The notes under the pieces: model-generated
The model's database searches: none
The model's input: the letters and a program-made list of their open reading frames with translations, nothing else
Told to the model about the DNA's origin: nothing
Source of the DNA: Eledone cirrhosa
Lineage: Eukaryota
Length of the DNA stretch: 64,000 nucleotides
NCBI GenBank assembly: GCA_964016885.1
Contig: OZ024743.1
Span: forward strand, 39,370,001-39,434,000
Direction of reading: 5' to 3'
Shown: one piece after another, positions 12,490 to 29,356 of the stretch
Layout of the letters: every line of letters starts with the position of its first letter
Numbering within the stretch: the stretch's first letter is position 1
Translations under genes and position numbers: made by a program

Positions 12490-14110
12490 TTGAATTCCGT
12501 GGGATTGATACCAGTGAGCTGGGACTCCTACCTAATCTCACTTATAGTAATGATTATCTAGATACATATGACCTTAGCAACCTCTTCCCCACAAGGCCAG
12601 CAAGAGGTAGACCACCTACCATTACCTCAATGGCCAATAAAACCCACACAGAAAGATGGAACGGGTGGACCAGAGCCATACGAACCCCGAAGACCATGAG
12701 GAACTAAAGAAAATGATTGCATATGCGGTGGGGGCCAGTATAAAACTAACCCTTAAGGAACATACGTTCAAATTTAATGGAAAAACATATGCCCAGGAGG
12801 AGGGAGCAGACATTGGTGTTAGCATTGCATGCGACATAGCTAAACTATTCATGGTATGGTGGGACAATAAACTTAAGGAACAATTAGAAGACAGCAACCT
12901 CTTAACCCTGATAATGTACTCTCGCTACGTTGTTGATATAAACATCGTAGTAAAAACACCCCCACTAGAGAACAATCAAGAATTAGAGAAAAACACAATG
13001 GAAAGCATCCAGCAAATAGCTAACTCCATCCACCAAAGTATTACCTCTACTAGACACAGAGGTCTGGTTAGAAACCATTAATAACAAAATACACATCCTC
13101 CATTCCCATTATGCCAAACCCATGACTTTCAAATATCTTATCCACCGAAGCTCAGCTGTTTCGGATCACACAAAAATCAACATACTGATTGCGGAATTAG
13201 TACGGGTGATGAGAAACGTGTTTCCGCATGTGCAACCCCAAAGAACTAGAGCGACACATACAACATTTCATCCCCCGTATGCAGTTCTCAGGTTACAATT
13301 AGAGAGATAAAATCAGAATATATAGAGGAGCCAGAACCAAATGGGAAAATATGGGAAATAATGATACAAATGGGACCAGCCCCTTATATAGGAGCAAATT
13401 TTGGAATAGAATAGAAAGAACTAGGAATAAGATTAATAGAATAAACTGATGGTATGATAACAAAAAATACCGGAGTGTAATGTTCATCAATACAACCCCT
13501 AGAGGTGATCTAGCTTACAAATTTAGAAGGGCCCTAGATAAAATTAAGCTAAATATTTAGATAGTGGAAAGAACCATGTACCTCCATAAAAACACTTATT
13601 AGTAATACATACCCTTTTAAATGACCTCCCCATATAGATATGAAATGCATAATCTGTAATCTAAGCCCATATATTAACTGTAAAACTAGAAACATAGTAT
13701 ACAGCAAAAGAAGTACTGAATGACAATGTAAATATAAGAATATAGTGTACATAGGTGAGACAGCTCGTAGTATAGGAGAACGATGAACTGTACGCCACCA
13801 ACATGCTAAAATAGAACATACGGGCAAATTAGAGAACATAGACATAAAAATTAAATCTACACACAGAAAAGACGCAATGTTTAGACAAATCACAGAGGCA
13901 ATAAACATAAATGAACTCCAACCAAAATTAAATAGAAAACATGAAGGGAATAGCAACATCACAACTTGCAATTAAGGACAACATGAAAACACACACACAT
14001 AGAACAAACAACCAACCAGTAACATGTAAATAAACAAGTAAATAAATAAATAAAAACACACACAGACACGCGGATGTAACACATGCGCAGACTAAGCACA
14101 ACATACACAC
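12490..14110 (+). pseudogene. PLE family A copy, frameshifted, with internal deletions and truncated pLTR
   Basis: Collinear with 1736-3535 (ELKKMIAYAVG..YSRYVVDI..YIGETARS) and extends further 5' (RGRPPTIT). Confidence 0.9.
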
Positions 14111-14126
14111 AATGTATATATATATA

Positions 14127-14630
14127 TGGTTATACTTTGGAAGGGTCATGTTGCCAATAAGAAACACATGCAACAGTAGCTTTCACTTCAATTTATTATA
14201 ATAAATTTATAAATTTAGGAATTTATAAATTTCCGGTTGATTGGTTGGTTCCACAACCAGATGATTGTTTATATATTGTCAAAGTTCTTTCGTCACACAT
14301 TGTGTGATCTCTTCAGTGACTGGGGATTATTTTCTTTGTTTTGGCCCTCTCCTTTGTTCTGTCCTACGCCATCTTGAACAAACAAGATGGCGTAGGATAG
14401 AAAAAATGAGAGGCACAAAACAAAGAAAAGAATCCCTAGTAACTGAAGAGCTTACAGAATGTGGGACGAAAGAACTTTGACAATATATGAACAACCGTCC
14501 GGTTATGGAACCAACTAACCGGAAATTTAAACATTTTTACATTTACAACTTAATTTATAATAAATTGGAGGAATCATCTGGTGCGTGTGTTTCTTATTGG
14601 CAACATGACCCTCCCAAAGTATAACAATAT
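14127..14630. mobile_element. fold-back pair of PLE-A pLTR ends
   Basis: Two ~250-bp arms inverted about CGCCATCTTG-AACAAA-CAAGATGGCG (~14380); each arm has the hammerhead motif. Confidence 0.88.
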
Positions 14631-14707
14631 ATATATACATATATATATATATACATAATGAATTTATTTTGCATGATTTCTCTCCGGAAAAATTGTTTTG
14701 AAACATA

Positions 14708-15045
14708 TATTGTTATACTTTGGGAGTGTCATGCTGCAAATAAAAACACACGCACCTATTAGTTTTGAAATCAATATTTGTAAAATGTTCCGTTGGTTGG
14801 TTCAACAACCGGATGGTTGTTTATTTATTGTCAAAGTTCTTTCGTCACCCATAGTGTGACCTCCCCAGTGGATGATTTATTGTTTTGTGCCTCTCCTTCA
14901 TTATGTACTACACCTTCTTGTTTTTGTTTATTGTGTGCTGTGTCCTTGATTTGCGCATACGTTATATCCGTGTGTTTTATTTACTTACTTATTTATATTT
15001 TTTTTTATTTGACACTACTTGGTTGCTTGTTCCATCTGTGTGTGC
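14708..15045 (-). mobile_element. diverged solo PLE-A pLTR
   Basis: Same terminal sequence and body as the other pLTRs; hammerhead core decayed. Confidence 0.8.
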
Positions 15046-15079
15046 TGGTAGAGCACGCTTCGTAGTTAAAATCGCTATA

Positions 15080-16210
15080 CAGACACAAAAAATAAATATT
15101 TCTACATAAATTACTCCAATACCAAATTGGAAGACATACTGGAAATTATTCATCCAAAAAGCTGATACTTTCATAAAAAGGATGCTGTGGCGTACCTTTA
15201 TTTCGACCGCACGGATAAAGATGATAATCCCCAGGATATGTTTGGGTTCAAAATGTATAATAATCTTCTAATCAACCTAGCTTTGTTACCGTTTGAAAAA
15301 GTATGTACATAAACTCATATGGAGGATTAAATTGCGAAAGAGAAGCAACTCCTTCCAACAGGATTGAAATAAACTATTCTGACGGATAAAGGATTCCAAT
15401 TGTGTGCAGGCTCACTCCGATAAAACCGGTAATATCTACTAAGTTGAACGAAGTATTTACTATAATGTTTTATTTAATGTTGTTACTGAAGATTATCAGC
15501 AAAATAATCGGAGTCTAATTACGAAGTTAATAATTCTGATCTAAATGTCACTTCAGAACTAAATATCTAGGACCGGACTGAAGCTATGGACTCTATTACT
15601 CCGCATTTTAATCTGAAGTATCATAAACCGAATTTTGAATGAAATACACCTATTTGGCACATAACTCCAATCAGTCTGATCGAGGTAGGTTTGTAAAATA
15701 ACTTTAAATATAATTATCACCAAAATTAGAGATATTGCCTACCGAATAGATGTATTTCGATCAAAATTCTGTTTATGTTACTTGCGGGGTAATTCATTTA
15801 CGGTGATTGATTGGATCAGGGGCATATATAAATAAGATTATTGACGGTTTATCCAATTCAACATCAACAACTATCAATCTCCCATCACCTTACCCCTCCT
15901 TCTTAGAGCTATTAATTTCAACAAAACGCTTACGATAAATAAGGACTTAGAAGTTGATGTCATTTTAAATACTCGAATTCTGTAATAAACTTTTACAACA
16001 CTATTTGGCTAAAGAAATAAAATATTGACCCGCTCAATGGAATCATGGATGCCAGCGATTCAGTGCTTCTTTTCATTGGTCTATTTTTACTTCTCTTTAC
16101 CTAGGATGATTTCCCCAATGTATGTAGTGTGGTGGTCGGTATATTAATGATGTATATGTAAATATATTTGTTTTGAAAGGATTGATAAAACTTTTTATAT
16201 GCAATATCAT
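15080..16210 (+). pseudogene. degenerate PLE family B N-terminal/RT region
   Basis: Fragments PIPNWKTYWKLFIQKADTFIKRMLWR, FGFK, HSDKTGNIY (PLE DKT-type motif), a decayed MG..D...L.IGLFLL motif B and GRYIND motif C. Confidence 0.65.
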
Positions 16211-16376
16211 GATAATATATTTACAAGTAAATTTCAACTCTATATTATTCAGTATCAATCAATGCCAGTATGACAAGTGTAGACATCGCTTATCGTTAGA
16301 CTACTAATTCATTATAAATGTCTCAGCAACTATTGTTTCAAATATACGGTAATCATTTTGGGTAAGACAATCAGCC

Positions 16377-16412
<36 letters not shown>

Positions 16413-16724
16413 TCACACACAGACACACACATATATATATGTATGTATATATATATATATATACGTATATATGTATATATGTTTAAATATATATATATAT
16501 ATTTATATATATATATAGAATTCACAAGAATCAAATCTATGTTCAAAACATTTATTCACTTACAATTGTTTCATCTAAACCTAGGCTTGGCGTCTTCGGA
16601 GCATTTTTCAATGTTTGTACACATAATGGACCTCCTTTCCAACGCAAGAGACATACAGATACATATATATATATTGATGTACAGTGGAATGGCATATATT
16701 ATACTATACTATTTTTGTACAGCA

Positions 16725-16787
16725 ATTCAAATTCAAAATCAAAATCAAAATCAAAATCAAAATTAAAATCAAAATCAAAATTAAAAT
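16725..16787. repeat. (TCAAAA)n hexamer array
   Basis: About ten visible units. Confidence 0.85.
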
Positions 16788-17361
16788 ACATTCGGCAGAT
16801 GACACAGATGATGCAAGAGAATAGTTTGATTGTCAGGTCTAGTAGGTAGTGTATGCGTTAGTTACACGTGTAGCATGCAAGTGTGTCTCATTTTTATACT
16901 ATTATTGTGTGGCAGGGTGTTACACGTAATGCAAGCACTTTAAGCGGGCTAGCAATATTATTATGGTGGTTGTAGTGGTAAAGTATATTTTGTATAGAAC
17001 AAAAAAGTATGTGTGCAGAAAAACAAAAATAAAAAGAAGAAGCAAATAAAGTTATGGTTTTCGTATACACCATCATTTTCACTTTCAGAAAAAGTAAGAT
17101 ATACTTTCTATATCCATAACATAAGTAACGATGATTCCGTATTGAATGTTTGATGCATTAAAATAAATTATTTTAGCGTATTGAGCCTCAGTGTTATTTA
17201 ATCTAGTTTATATAATAGGTTGATTCTGCTGCAAGAATTTACAGCGGTTTATTAGCCGGAAGCATGTGTGTAATTAAGGGGAGTTAATGCGTAAGGGGAA
17301 GTAACTATCCGACTCTCATAACTAAATTACACATATATATATGTTTGTGTGTGAGCGTGTA

Positions 17362-17418
<57 letters not shown>

Positions 17419-17666
17419 CGGATGGACGTTTGTGTACGAGTGCGCGCGCATCTTTGTGTGTGCGTATATGTATAAATGTTTTCAAAATATCTAGATCATT
17501 AGTTTCCTGCTATAATCACTCTTCTCTGACAGATGTGAAAATATTTCCAATCTTGAGTATTCAATTAGAGTATTATGAATAACCACAAATGAACAAACAC
17601 TTACATACACATGCAGCAGATAATTCATAGATGCATATTTATACACACACACACACACACAGACAT

Positions 17667-17837
<171 letters not shown>

Positions 17838-18750
17838 TTGGTAAACGGAATAGAAGATGCTGACAAATAAATTATTCCCAGTTGAAAAATGGTTTAATTA
17901 GGAATAAAAGAGTATTAGTAATTGTATGGGTTAGTATTCAGTTGTGGTTTTAAGCTTTTAAGCTTTTACCGGTTGCGCATTTCTAAATGCTATTCAAAAA
18001 TAATTTTGAGATAGAGTGTCCGTGTTGTTTGCTCTGTTGTTTACCAATATATAATAACTTGTGTGTTACACCTCTATTCTTTTAACTACATACATATATA
18101 TGTATTAATGGGCTTCCACTGATGATTTATAAGTGCCCACCGAAATATATCCTTACATGAATATATGTTAGGCTTCTACATAAACTGGAAACAATCTCCT
18201 ATTTTGTAGAAAACTTATAATGAAACAATTGTTTGGAAAGAGAGATATATTTTAACTTTAATTATATCTCATAAAATAATACAACTGGCTTTCCACAAAA
18301 TACATATAGTTAGCAACCCCAAACACTTAAATTGGGTTTATATTAACATATAACCTAATGTTTGTTGAGGGAGATGGTTACCAGTCAGATTTTAGCTTTA
18401 AGCTATCTCTGTTATTGTATTAAATATATATATATATATATTTGTGTGTTCGTGTATGTGTGTGTGTGTGTGTGCGTGTACGTGTGCATGAGTACTATTG
18501 CCCGTACCCTTTTCCGTGCGTATTAATGTACAACTTGTCAGACTTCATAAAATATCAAACTAAATTAGACACTATCTCATGCAGAAATCATATGTATATT
18601 AATGTGAAAAATATATTTTGTTATTTGTAACGTCACTCTGTTGTTCCTTTCCATAAGAAATTAAATATTACACACTCACCCAAACACACACACGCACACA
18701 TATATACATATATATGTGTGTGTGTATATACATATGCTTCTCTCTCTCTG

Positions 18751-18819
<69 letters not shown>

Positions 18820-19480
18820 TTTCATATGAAATCCGTCGTATTTTTGCAACGCAAATTGCCACTATTTATGATTTTATAGGCTATTACGCTCTAATAGTAT
18901 TAGACAATGTTTAGGCCTTTAAAAGGGATCCCCAAACAAAATCTGCAATATAGATAGAAGTCGTACGCGTCCTTTCCAAAAGAACCAGTAAAGAAGAAGC
19001 TCGCCTTTCATACTGTATTTCTCGTAATTGTTTCAGATAAACATGGCAAATTTAAGTGTATGTTGTATAAAAGTACGTGACATTGGCCCAACCTAGTTCC
19101 AGGGCCAGTTAAACTATCAACTAAAACCACTTGTTATCGATGTGACAGCCACCGGTGAGACCAATGTTTTGCCCTTGCATGCACTAGGGCTCATTCTTTA
19201 GAAGTTTGAGATTTATGTACCTTATTGTCGGCTCAGAATTTGAAGCGAGGTTGCAGTTTCTGGATCTCGAAATTCAGGCTACATGTTGAACCGGACAGTA
19301 AACTGTTGTTCCAAGATGTGAGCAATAGCGCAGGTGGTGCTTTAAGACATATATCCATCTGCTTGTCGGCTAGTACTGGACGGCAGGGTATATTCGGGTA
19401 TCAGGAAACCATTCTATCTCTCTCTCTCTCTACCTATATATATATTACTATATATATAGATATATATATATATGTCACAG

Positions 19481-19966
19481 CTTGAGGTCGGTGTGGAAGT
19501 CGGACCTTCGTAGAGACCTGAAAATCCGCCTCTTCATTGCTGTAGTGGAGTCTGTGCTGCTGTATGGGTCTGAGACTTGGACACTGACCAAGAGACTCAC
19601 TCAGATGGTGGATGGGTGCTACACGAGAATGCTGAGAATGGCTCTGAACATTAATCAGTATACACTGAGGATGAAAAACTCAGAGCTGTATGGGAGCATC
19701 CCAAAAGTCAGCTCAAAAGTGACACAGAGGAGACTGAGGTTGGCTGGACATGCTCACCGACATCCAGAGTTGACATTGCACTCAGTACTCCTTTGGGAGC
19801 CCCTTCATTGACACACTAGAAGAGGAAGACCAAGGTTAACATATGTTGATGCCCTAAGGACAGACACTGGTCTGTTGGAGATGCAGGATATGGCAGCGAT
19901 AATGAGGGACAGAGACCGCTGGAGAGAACTCGTCCATGGATCTGGGGAATTTTACCCGCCTTAGAT

Positions 19967-19969
<3 letters not shown>
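19481..19969 (+). mobile_element. RTE-clade LINE 3' fragment
   Basis: [58 protein letters not shown], then a short TAGA tail; inserted in (TA)n. Confidence 0.88.
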
Positions 19970-20011
<42 letters not shown>

Positions 20012-20032
20012 TATATATATGTATATATATAC

Positions 20033-20073
<41 letters not shown>

Positions 20074-20116
20074 CACATATATATATATATATATGTATAT
20101 ATATACATATATAAAT

Positions 20117-20226
<110 letters not shown>

Positions 20227-20338
20227 AATGGAAACTTTCTTTATAAAATCATATTTATATTATTAGAAATATTTCAAGGTACCAACATATTGGTACGCTC
20301 TCATCAGATAGAATACAAAAGTTGTTTTATAGATAGTG

Positions 20339-20411
<73 letters not shown>

Positions 20412-20420
<9 letters not shown>

Positions 20421-21303
20421 ATACTTTGGGAGGGTCATGTTGCAAATAAGAAACACACGGACCAGTTGCTGTCACTTCAATTTATTATAATAAATTTATA
20501 ATTTTATGAATTTATAAATTTCCGGTTGGTTGGTTCCACAACCAGATGGTTGTTTATATATTTTAAAAATTATTTCGTCACACATTCTGTGACCTCTTCA
20601 GAGACTAGGGATTATTTTCTTTGTTTTTGTGCCTCTCCTTTGTTCTATTCTACGCCATCTTGTTTCTGTGTGTGTGCTGTGTGCTCAGTCTGCGCATGCG
20701 CCATATCCGGGTGTCTGTGTGTTTATATTCGTTTATTTATTTGTTTATTTACATGTTACTTGTTGGTTGTTTGTTCTATGTGTATGTGTGTTTACATTCT
20801 GTCCTTAATTGTAAGTTGTGATGTTGCTGTTCCACTCATGTTTTCTATTTAATTTTGCTTGGAGTTCATTTATGTTTATTGCTTCTGTGATTTGTCTAAA
20901 CATTGCGTCTTTTCTGTGTGTAGATTCTATTTTTATTTCTATGTTCTCTAATTTACCCTATTTTAGCATGTTGGTAGAGTACAGATGATTCTTTACTATC
21001 TTGAAGGTCTCGCCAGTGTTCATTTATCTGTTCCCCTATACTACGAGCTGTCTCACCTATGTACACTATATTTTTAATCTCTACATTGTCCTTCACTACA
21101 TCTTATGCTATATACTACATTTCTAGTTTTACAGTTAATATGGGGGCTTAATTTACAGATTATACATTTCTTATCTATACGGGGAGGTCTTTGAAAAGGG
21201 TATGTCTTGCTAATAAGTGTTTTTATGGAGGTACCTGGTCTTTCTACTATCTTAATAGTGAGTTTATGTTTATCTAGGGCCCTTCTAAGTTTGTAAGCTA
21301 ATT
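20412..21303 (-). mobile_element. PLE family A 3' fragment (GIY-YIG plus pLTR)
   Basis: Collinear with 1736-2660; ends in (TA)n. Confidence 0.9.
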
Positions 21304-21304
21304 T

Positions 21305-21640
21305 CACTTTCAGTTTGAAAATTTCTGAAAAGAACAATATTCCCACTATTCCACATCCTCGCTACAACCCACATATAGATCCCTATGATTTCTAACTCTT
21401 CCCTAATTTGAAATCAAGGCAGAAGACTCATTATTTGGTGACTGTAGAAAACAGAAAATGTTGTAAACGATGTGATACTCACACAAATTGGTTTCCTGTA
21501 CTGACACGATCAATCGAAAAAGAGCTGGAGCCACTGAAAGACATATTTGAAGGAGATAACTATGTAATTATATGTATATCTTATGTACGTTTCACTAAAA
21601 TATCAGTACCCTTAATTTTGACAAAAAACATGTTTAATTA
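21305..21640 (+). mobile_element. mariner transposase C-terminal remnant
   Basis: IPHPRYNPHIDPYDF*LFPNLK resembles the mariner HPPYSPDLAPxDFxLFPxLK motif; EGD tail follows. Confidence 0.6.
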
Positions 21641-22161
21641 ATTATACATAGATATACATGTTTCATACTTTCCTTTCCACATCGTCTCAGTATCTAAAAT
21701 AGTAAATAACTGACAAATATATTTTCATTTTTTTGGACATATTTTTTAAATTATACTTTCTCCATCATCATTTGCTCCACTTTCTTAATTATAACATATT
21801 CATTAACAAAGCTGCTGTGTCCTACATTTATTGAAGTAAGTATATAAGAAAAGCATGAAAAATGTAAATTATTGAAATGAATGCTGAAACTGTTGACTCA
21901 AGCTTTATTGCATTGCAGTAAATATTCAAGATATTTTCCATGGTGCATATCAAACAGAAGATTATTTAGACACGGTGTTATACTTAAAATTTATAAATTG
22001 CTATTTGAATTAAATTATATTTTAATATTTACTGCGCTACTATACACAAGTCTGCACAAACTTTATCAATATTGATCGCTGTTAAACAATACACATGCAA
22101 GCAATACACACGCAACACACACGTAGAGAAAACATATACCCATAAACAGAGACGGATATGA

Positions 22162-22193
<32 letters not shown>

Positions 22194-22202
22194 ATATATA
22201 CA

Positions 22203-22235
<33 letters not shown>

Positions 22236-22260
22236 GTAGAGATGTATGTATGTATATAAT

Positions 22261-22591
22261 CGGAGAGAGGATAACAAGTTATAGTTAAAATATTATATTA
22301 ATCCTACATACCTTTCAATGTATAACGGTGGGCCATACCACACCACGATATACAGGATATATTTAAGCATATCCACAATAATTTACACATTGTTACATGG
22401 AAATATAACTTAATACCATACATGAGGTTCATACCACTATTTGGTACGTTATGAGCCTCATCTATGGCATAAAGTTTTATCCGACGGACAAATATATCGT
22501 GTATAACTTGGTATAGCCCACCGTTCTACATTAAAACGTATGTAGGATTAAAACAATTGTAATTATAATTTGGTTATTCTCGCTTCGTCCG
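22261..22591. mobile_element. palindromic MITE-like element
   Basis: TAATCCTACATAC..AATGTATAACGGTGGGCCATACCA pairs with TGGTATAGCCCACCGTTCTACATT..GTATGTAGGATTA; inner pair CCATACATGAGGTTCATA / TATGAGCCTCATCTATGG. Confidence 0.6.
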
Positions 22592-22962
22592 TGGCCTAAA
22601 GTTCTATAATAGAATGTACAACGGCTGAGAAATTCCTCAGTATTTTTGGATTAGGAAACTGATTAGCATACATCTCTAATCATCCTTACTCGGATCTATA
22701 TTGGTAAACTCCAATATATCCATATGTTTAATAAGCTCTTAAACACCACTGGAATTCTATAAGAATCGAGCTTCTATAAATCTTTTGATAACCGCTAACG
22801 AGCGGGAAACGGCAGTCGGTTCCATCCCTTTGCTTTTGCCGAGGTCAAAGTGTTTTAATATAAACATAGAGTATATTATCAAATATACTATTCATACATT
22901 CATACAAACATCGCTATTTCAGAGCACTGATACTAATTCCAATATATCTATCCACTTATTAA

Positions 22963-25584
<2,622 letters not shown>

Positions 25585-25591
25585 TATATAT

Positions 25592-27585
25592 ATTTCGTTT
25601 TTGAATTTGTTTAGCGAGATTCCTTTTCTGAAAACGTGTGTTGAAAACGGTATTGTTATACTTTGGGAGGGTCATGTTGCCAATAAGAAACACACGAACC
25701 AGTTGTATTAACTCCAATTTATAATATATTAAATTTATAAATTTAAGAATTTATAAATTTCCGGTTTGTTGGTTGGTTCCACAACCGGACGGTTGTTCAT
25801 ATATTGTCAAAGTTCTTTCGACACGCATTATGTGACCTCTTGAGTGACTGGGGATTATTTCCTTTGTTTTGTTAGTATAAGACTAACTCTTAAGGAACAT
25901 ATCTTCAAATTTAATGGAAAAAAATATGTCCAAGAGGAGGGAGCAGCCATTGGTGTTAGCATTGCAGAAGTCATATCTAATCTATTGATGGTATTGTGGG
26001 ACAATAAACTTAAAGAACAATTAGAAGACAGCAACCTCTTAACCCTGATAATGTACTACCGCTACGTTGATGATATAAACATCGTAGTAAAACCACCCCC
26101 ACTAGAGAACAGTCAGAAATTAGAGAAAAACACCATGGAAAGCATCCAGCAAATAGCTAACTCCATCCACCAGAGTATTAGAGTTACTATAGACTAGCCA
26201 AGCAAACAGCCCAACCATCAATTACCTATACTGGACACAGAGCTCTGGTTAGAAACTATTAATAACAACAAAAAATCAACCATTCCCATTATGCCAAACC
26301 CATGACTACCAAATATCTCATCCACCGAAAATCAGCTGTTTCAGATCACACCAAAATCAACATACTGATTGCGGATTTGGTACGGATGAGTGGAAATGTG
26401 TCCCGAGTTTGCAACCCGAAAGAACTAGAGAGACACATACAACACTTCATCCACCGTATGCAATTCTCTGGTTACAATCATAGAGATACAATCAGAGTAT
26501 ATGAAGGAGCCAGAACCAAATGGGAAAACATGGGAAATAATGATACAAATGGGACCTGCCGCTTGTATAGGAGCACATTTTGGAATAGAATAGAAAGAAC
26601 TAGGAATAAGGTTAAAAGTATAAACTCATGGTATGACAGCAATAAAGACCAGAGTGTAATGTTCATCAATACAACCCCTAGAGGTGAATTAGCTTACAAA
26701 TTTAGAAGGGCCCTAGATAAACTTAAACTAAATATTAAGATAGTAGAAAGATCAGGTACATCCATAAACCACTTATTAGTAATACATACCCTTTTCAAAG
26801 ACCTCCCTCTATAGAAAAGAAATGCATAATCTGTAAACTAAGCCCCCATAGAAACTGTAAAACTAGAAATGTAGTATATAGCATAAGATGTACTGAAGGA
26901 CAAGGTAAAGATAAGAATATAGTGTACATAGGTGAGACAGCTCGTAGTATAGGAGAACGGTTAAATGAACACTGGCGAGAGCTTCAAGATAAAACATAAT
27001 CATCAATACTCCACCAACATGCTAAAATAGAACATTAGGGAACATTAAAGAGCATAGAAATTAAAATAAAATCTACACACAGAAAGAACGCAATGTTTAG
27101 ACAAATCACAGAGGCAATAAGCATAAATGAACTCCAACCAAAATTAAATAGAAAACATGAATGGAATAGCAACATCACAACTTATGAAAACACACAAATG
27201 AAAACACACAAACACATAGAACAAACAACCAACTAGTAACATGTAAATAAACAAATAAATAAACAAATACAAACACACACAGACACCCGGAGGTAACACA
27301 TGCGCAAACTAAGCACACGGCACACTAAAAAACAAGATGGCGTAGGACAGAACAAAGGAGAGGCACAAAACAAAGAAAATAATCCCCATTGATGAAGAGG
27401 TCACATAATGTGTGACGAAAGAACTTTGACAATATATGAACAACCGTCCGGTTGTGGAACCCACCAACCAATCGGAAATTTATAAATTCTTAAATTTATA
27501 AATTTAATTTATAACAAATTGGAGTGAAATAAATTGGTGCGTGTGTTTCTTATTGGCAACATGACCCTCCCAAAGTATAACGATA
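25592..27585 (+). mobile_element. PLE family A copy with 5' inverted pLTR
   Basis: Minus-strand pLTR end ~25650-25870 is joined to a plus-strand RT/GIY-YIG pseudogene (YYRYVDD) and a full 3' pLTR; both ends lie in (TA)n. Confidence 0.9.
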
Positions 27586-27634
<49 letters not shown>

Positions 27635-27789
27635 GTGTGTGTGTGTGTGTGCGCGCGCGCGTGTCAGTAAGATACCTACAGGTGATCGGAACGTAACAAA
27701 AGCTAAAAAAGAGACTAAATATTTTTACGGCACATATATGATGTAGACCGCCAGACACAATAAACCACAATACATATAATCGTATATTA

Positions 27790-28200
27790 ATCGGGACCTG
27801 AGAACTTGTGTGTACGTCTTTGTCCAGGGCACTGCAGCAATGCGGAGAAGAGGCAGGTACTAAATGCCGTAGTCTGACCGACCACCTCCTCATTGACCCG
27901 GTACAAGGCGAGACCTCTGGTGACCTTGGTCACCTCATAGTTGATCTCTTCAGTAAAGTCGAAAAAACGGGTCTGCTTGAATAGACACAGCCGTGCGACA
28001 GGGTGTCGGTTAAAGTGAGTGTCTCTCGCCAATCTTCGAGGTAAAGTTTTTTGAATTTTTCAACGCGTGGCGTAGCTGAGGAACCGCTCCGCCTGGGATG
28101 TAGTGGCAGAACTTTCCCCTGTCTCTTTCTTTCTTTTTCACCTTTTCGTTTAATTTTGTCTTTTGTTTTCCCTTTAATAGTGTGTTATGTGTTTATTATA
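27790..28200 (+). mobile_element. GC-rich remnant, possibly a decayed L1/Tx1 3' end
   Basis: GC/CpG-rich island with weak resemblance to the C-terminal zinc-finger region (YVFVQ, EKTVxLNR), followed by a T-rich stretch. Confidence 0.2.
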
Positions 28201-28530
28201 CATTATCGGATTGATCCCCGCTATCGGAATACCAGATTTCCACTGATCAGTATAACTATATGATATACCTATGAACTAATTATGTGGTATATCATTCCAC
28301 AGACACTGACACCATTAAAATATATAACTCAACATGTAAGAATTATATTTAACTCCACAGAAAAAGAGTGGAACAGTAGAGTGGTGAATAGCACAATAAC
28401 AGTTATATAGGGGCCAGTCACTAACTTTCAAGTGAGTTGTATTTGAGATATATACCTTTGATAGGTATAGACCAGTATTGGCTTAGGCCATGTCTAACTT
28501 AATTGCACAACTATATATATATAATATATA

Positions 28531-28609
<79 letters not shown>

Positions 28610-29316
28610 GTGTGTGTGTGTATGTGTGTGTGTGTGTGTGTGTGTGAATGTGTGTGTATATGTGTGGGTGTGAGTATGTGAGTGTGCGTGTGTGTGTATG
28701 TGTGTGTGTTGGTCAGTGTGTGTGTGCTTCTGCGTGTGTCTGTGTTCGCGCGCGTTTGTACCAGATTCTATATGGTAAAAAAGAGAACGTTGCTATGGTT
28801 AATTCATTACAAAACCAAGTGATATTTATTAAATAAAACATATACGACTAAAGCCATTGATCTTCGGAAAAATCATGGTTATGGTTGAAGTATAATCTGC
28901 CAATATTATTTTCATATATGATTAATAATATTCATATGGTTTTATTTTCGTGTAACATTTACTACAAAATATAATTGTTCGAGAATTAAATCAATGTTAC
29001 CATGCCGTAGCTGGATTTCATATACACTTTATTAATATTTTGGTGGATTATAGATACATGGCTATGCAAATATTTGTGTCATTTCTTGAGAGAATTCGTA
29101 GTCTGTGTAGAGACGAATCCCGTAATATTTTAATTGTTCATCCCGGGGCATCACCATGAGGGAATTTAGTGGATTATCATGACCACAAAACATATTATTT
29201 CAACTCCAGTTCGTATGACTAGGTTCCAATGCTTAGGTTGCAGGATATATATACAGGTAAAGGGTACAGATAAAGAACTAAAAATGGACATGGACAAACA
29301 CTCATACACTTAGACC

Positions 29317-29356
<40 letters not shown>

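Noticed and set aside
12490-14110. Naiad-type selenoprotein PLE (in-frame TGA)
   Set aside because: Domain order is RT then endonuclease, and stops coexist with frameshifts and are absent from the intact copy.
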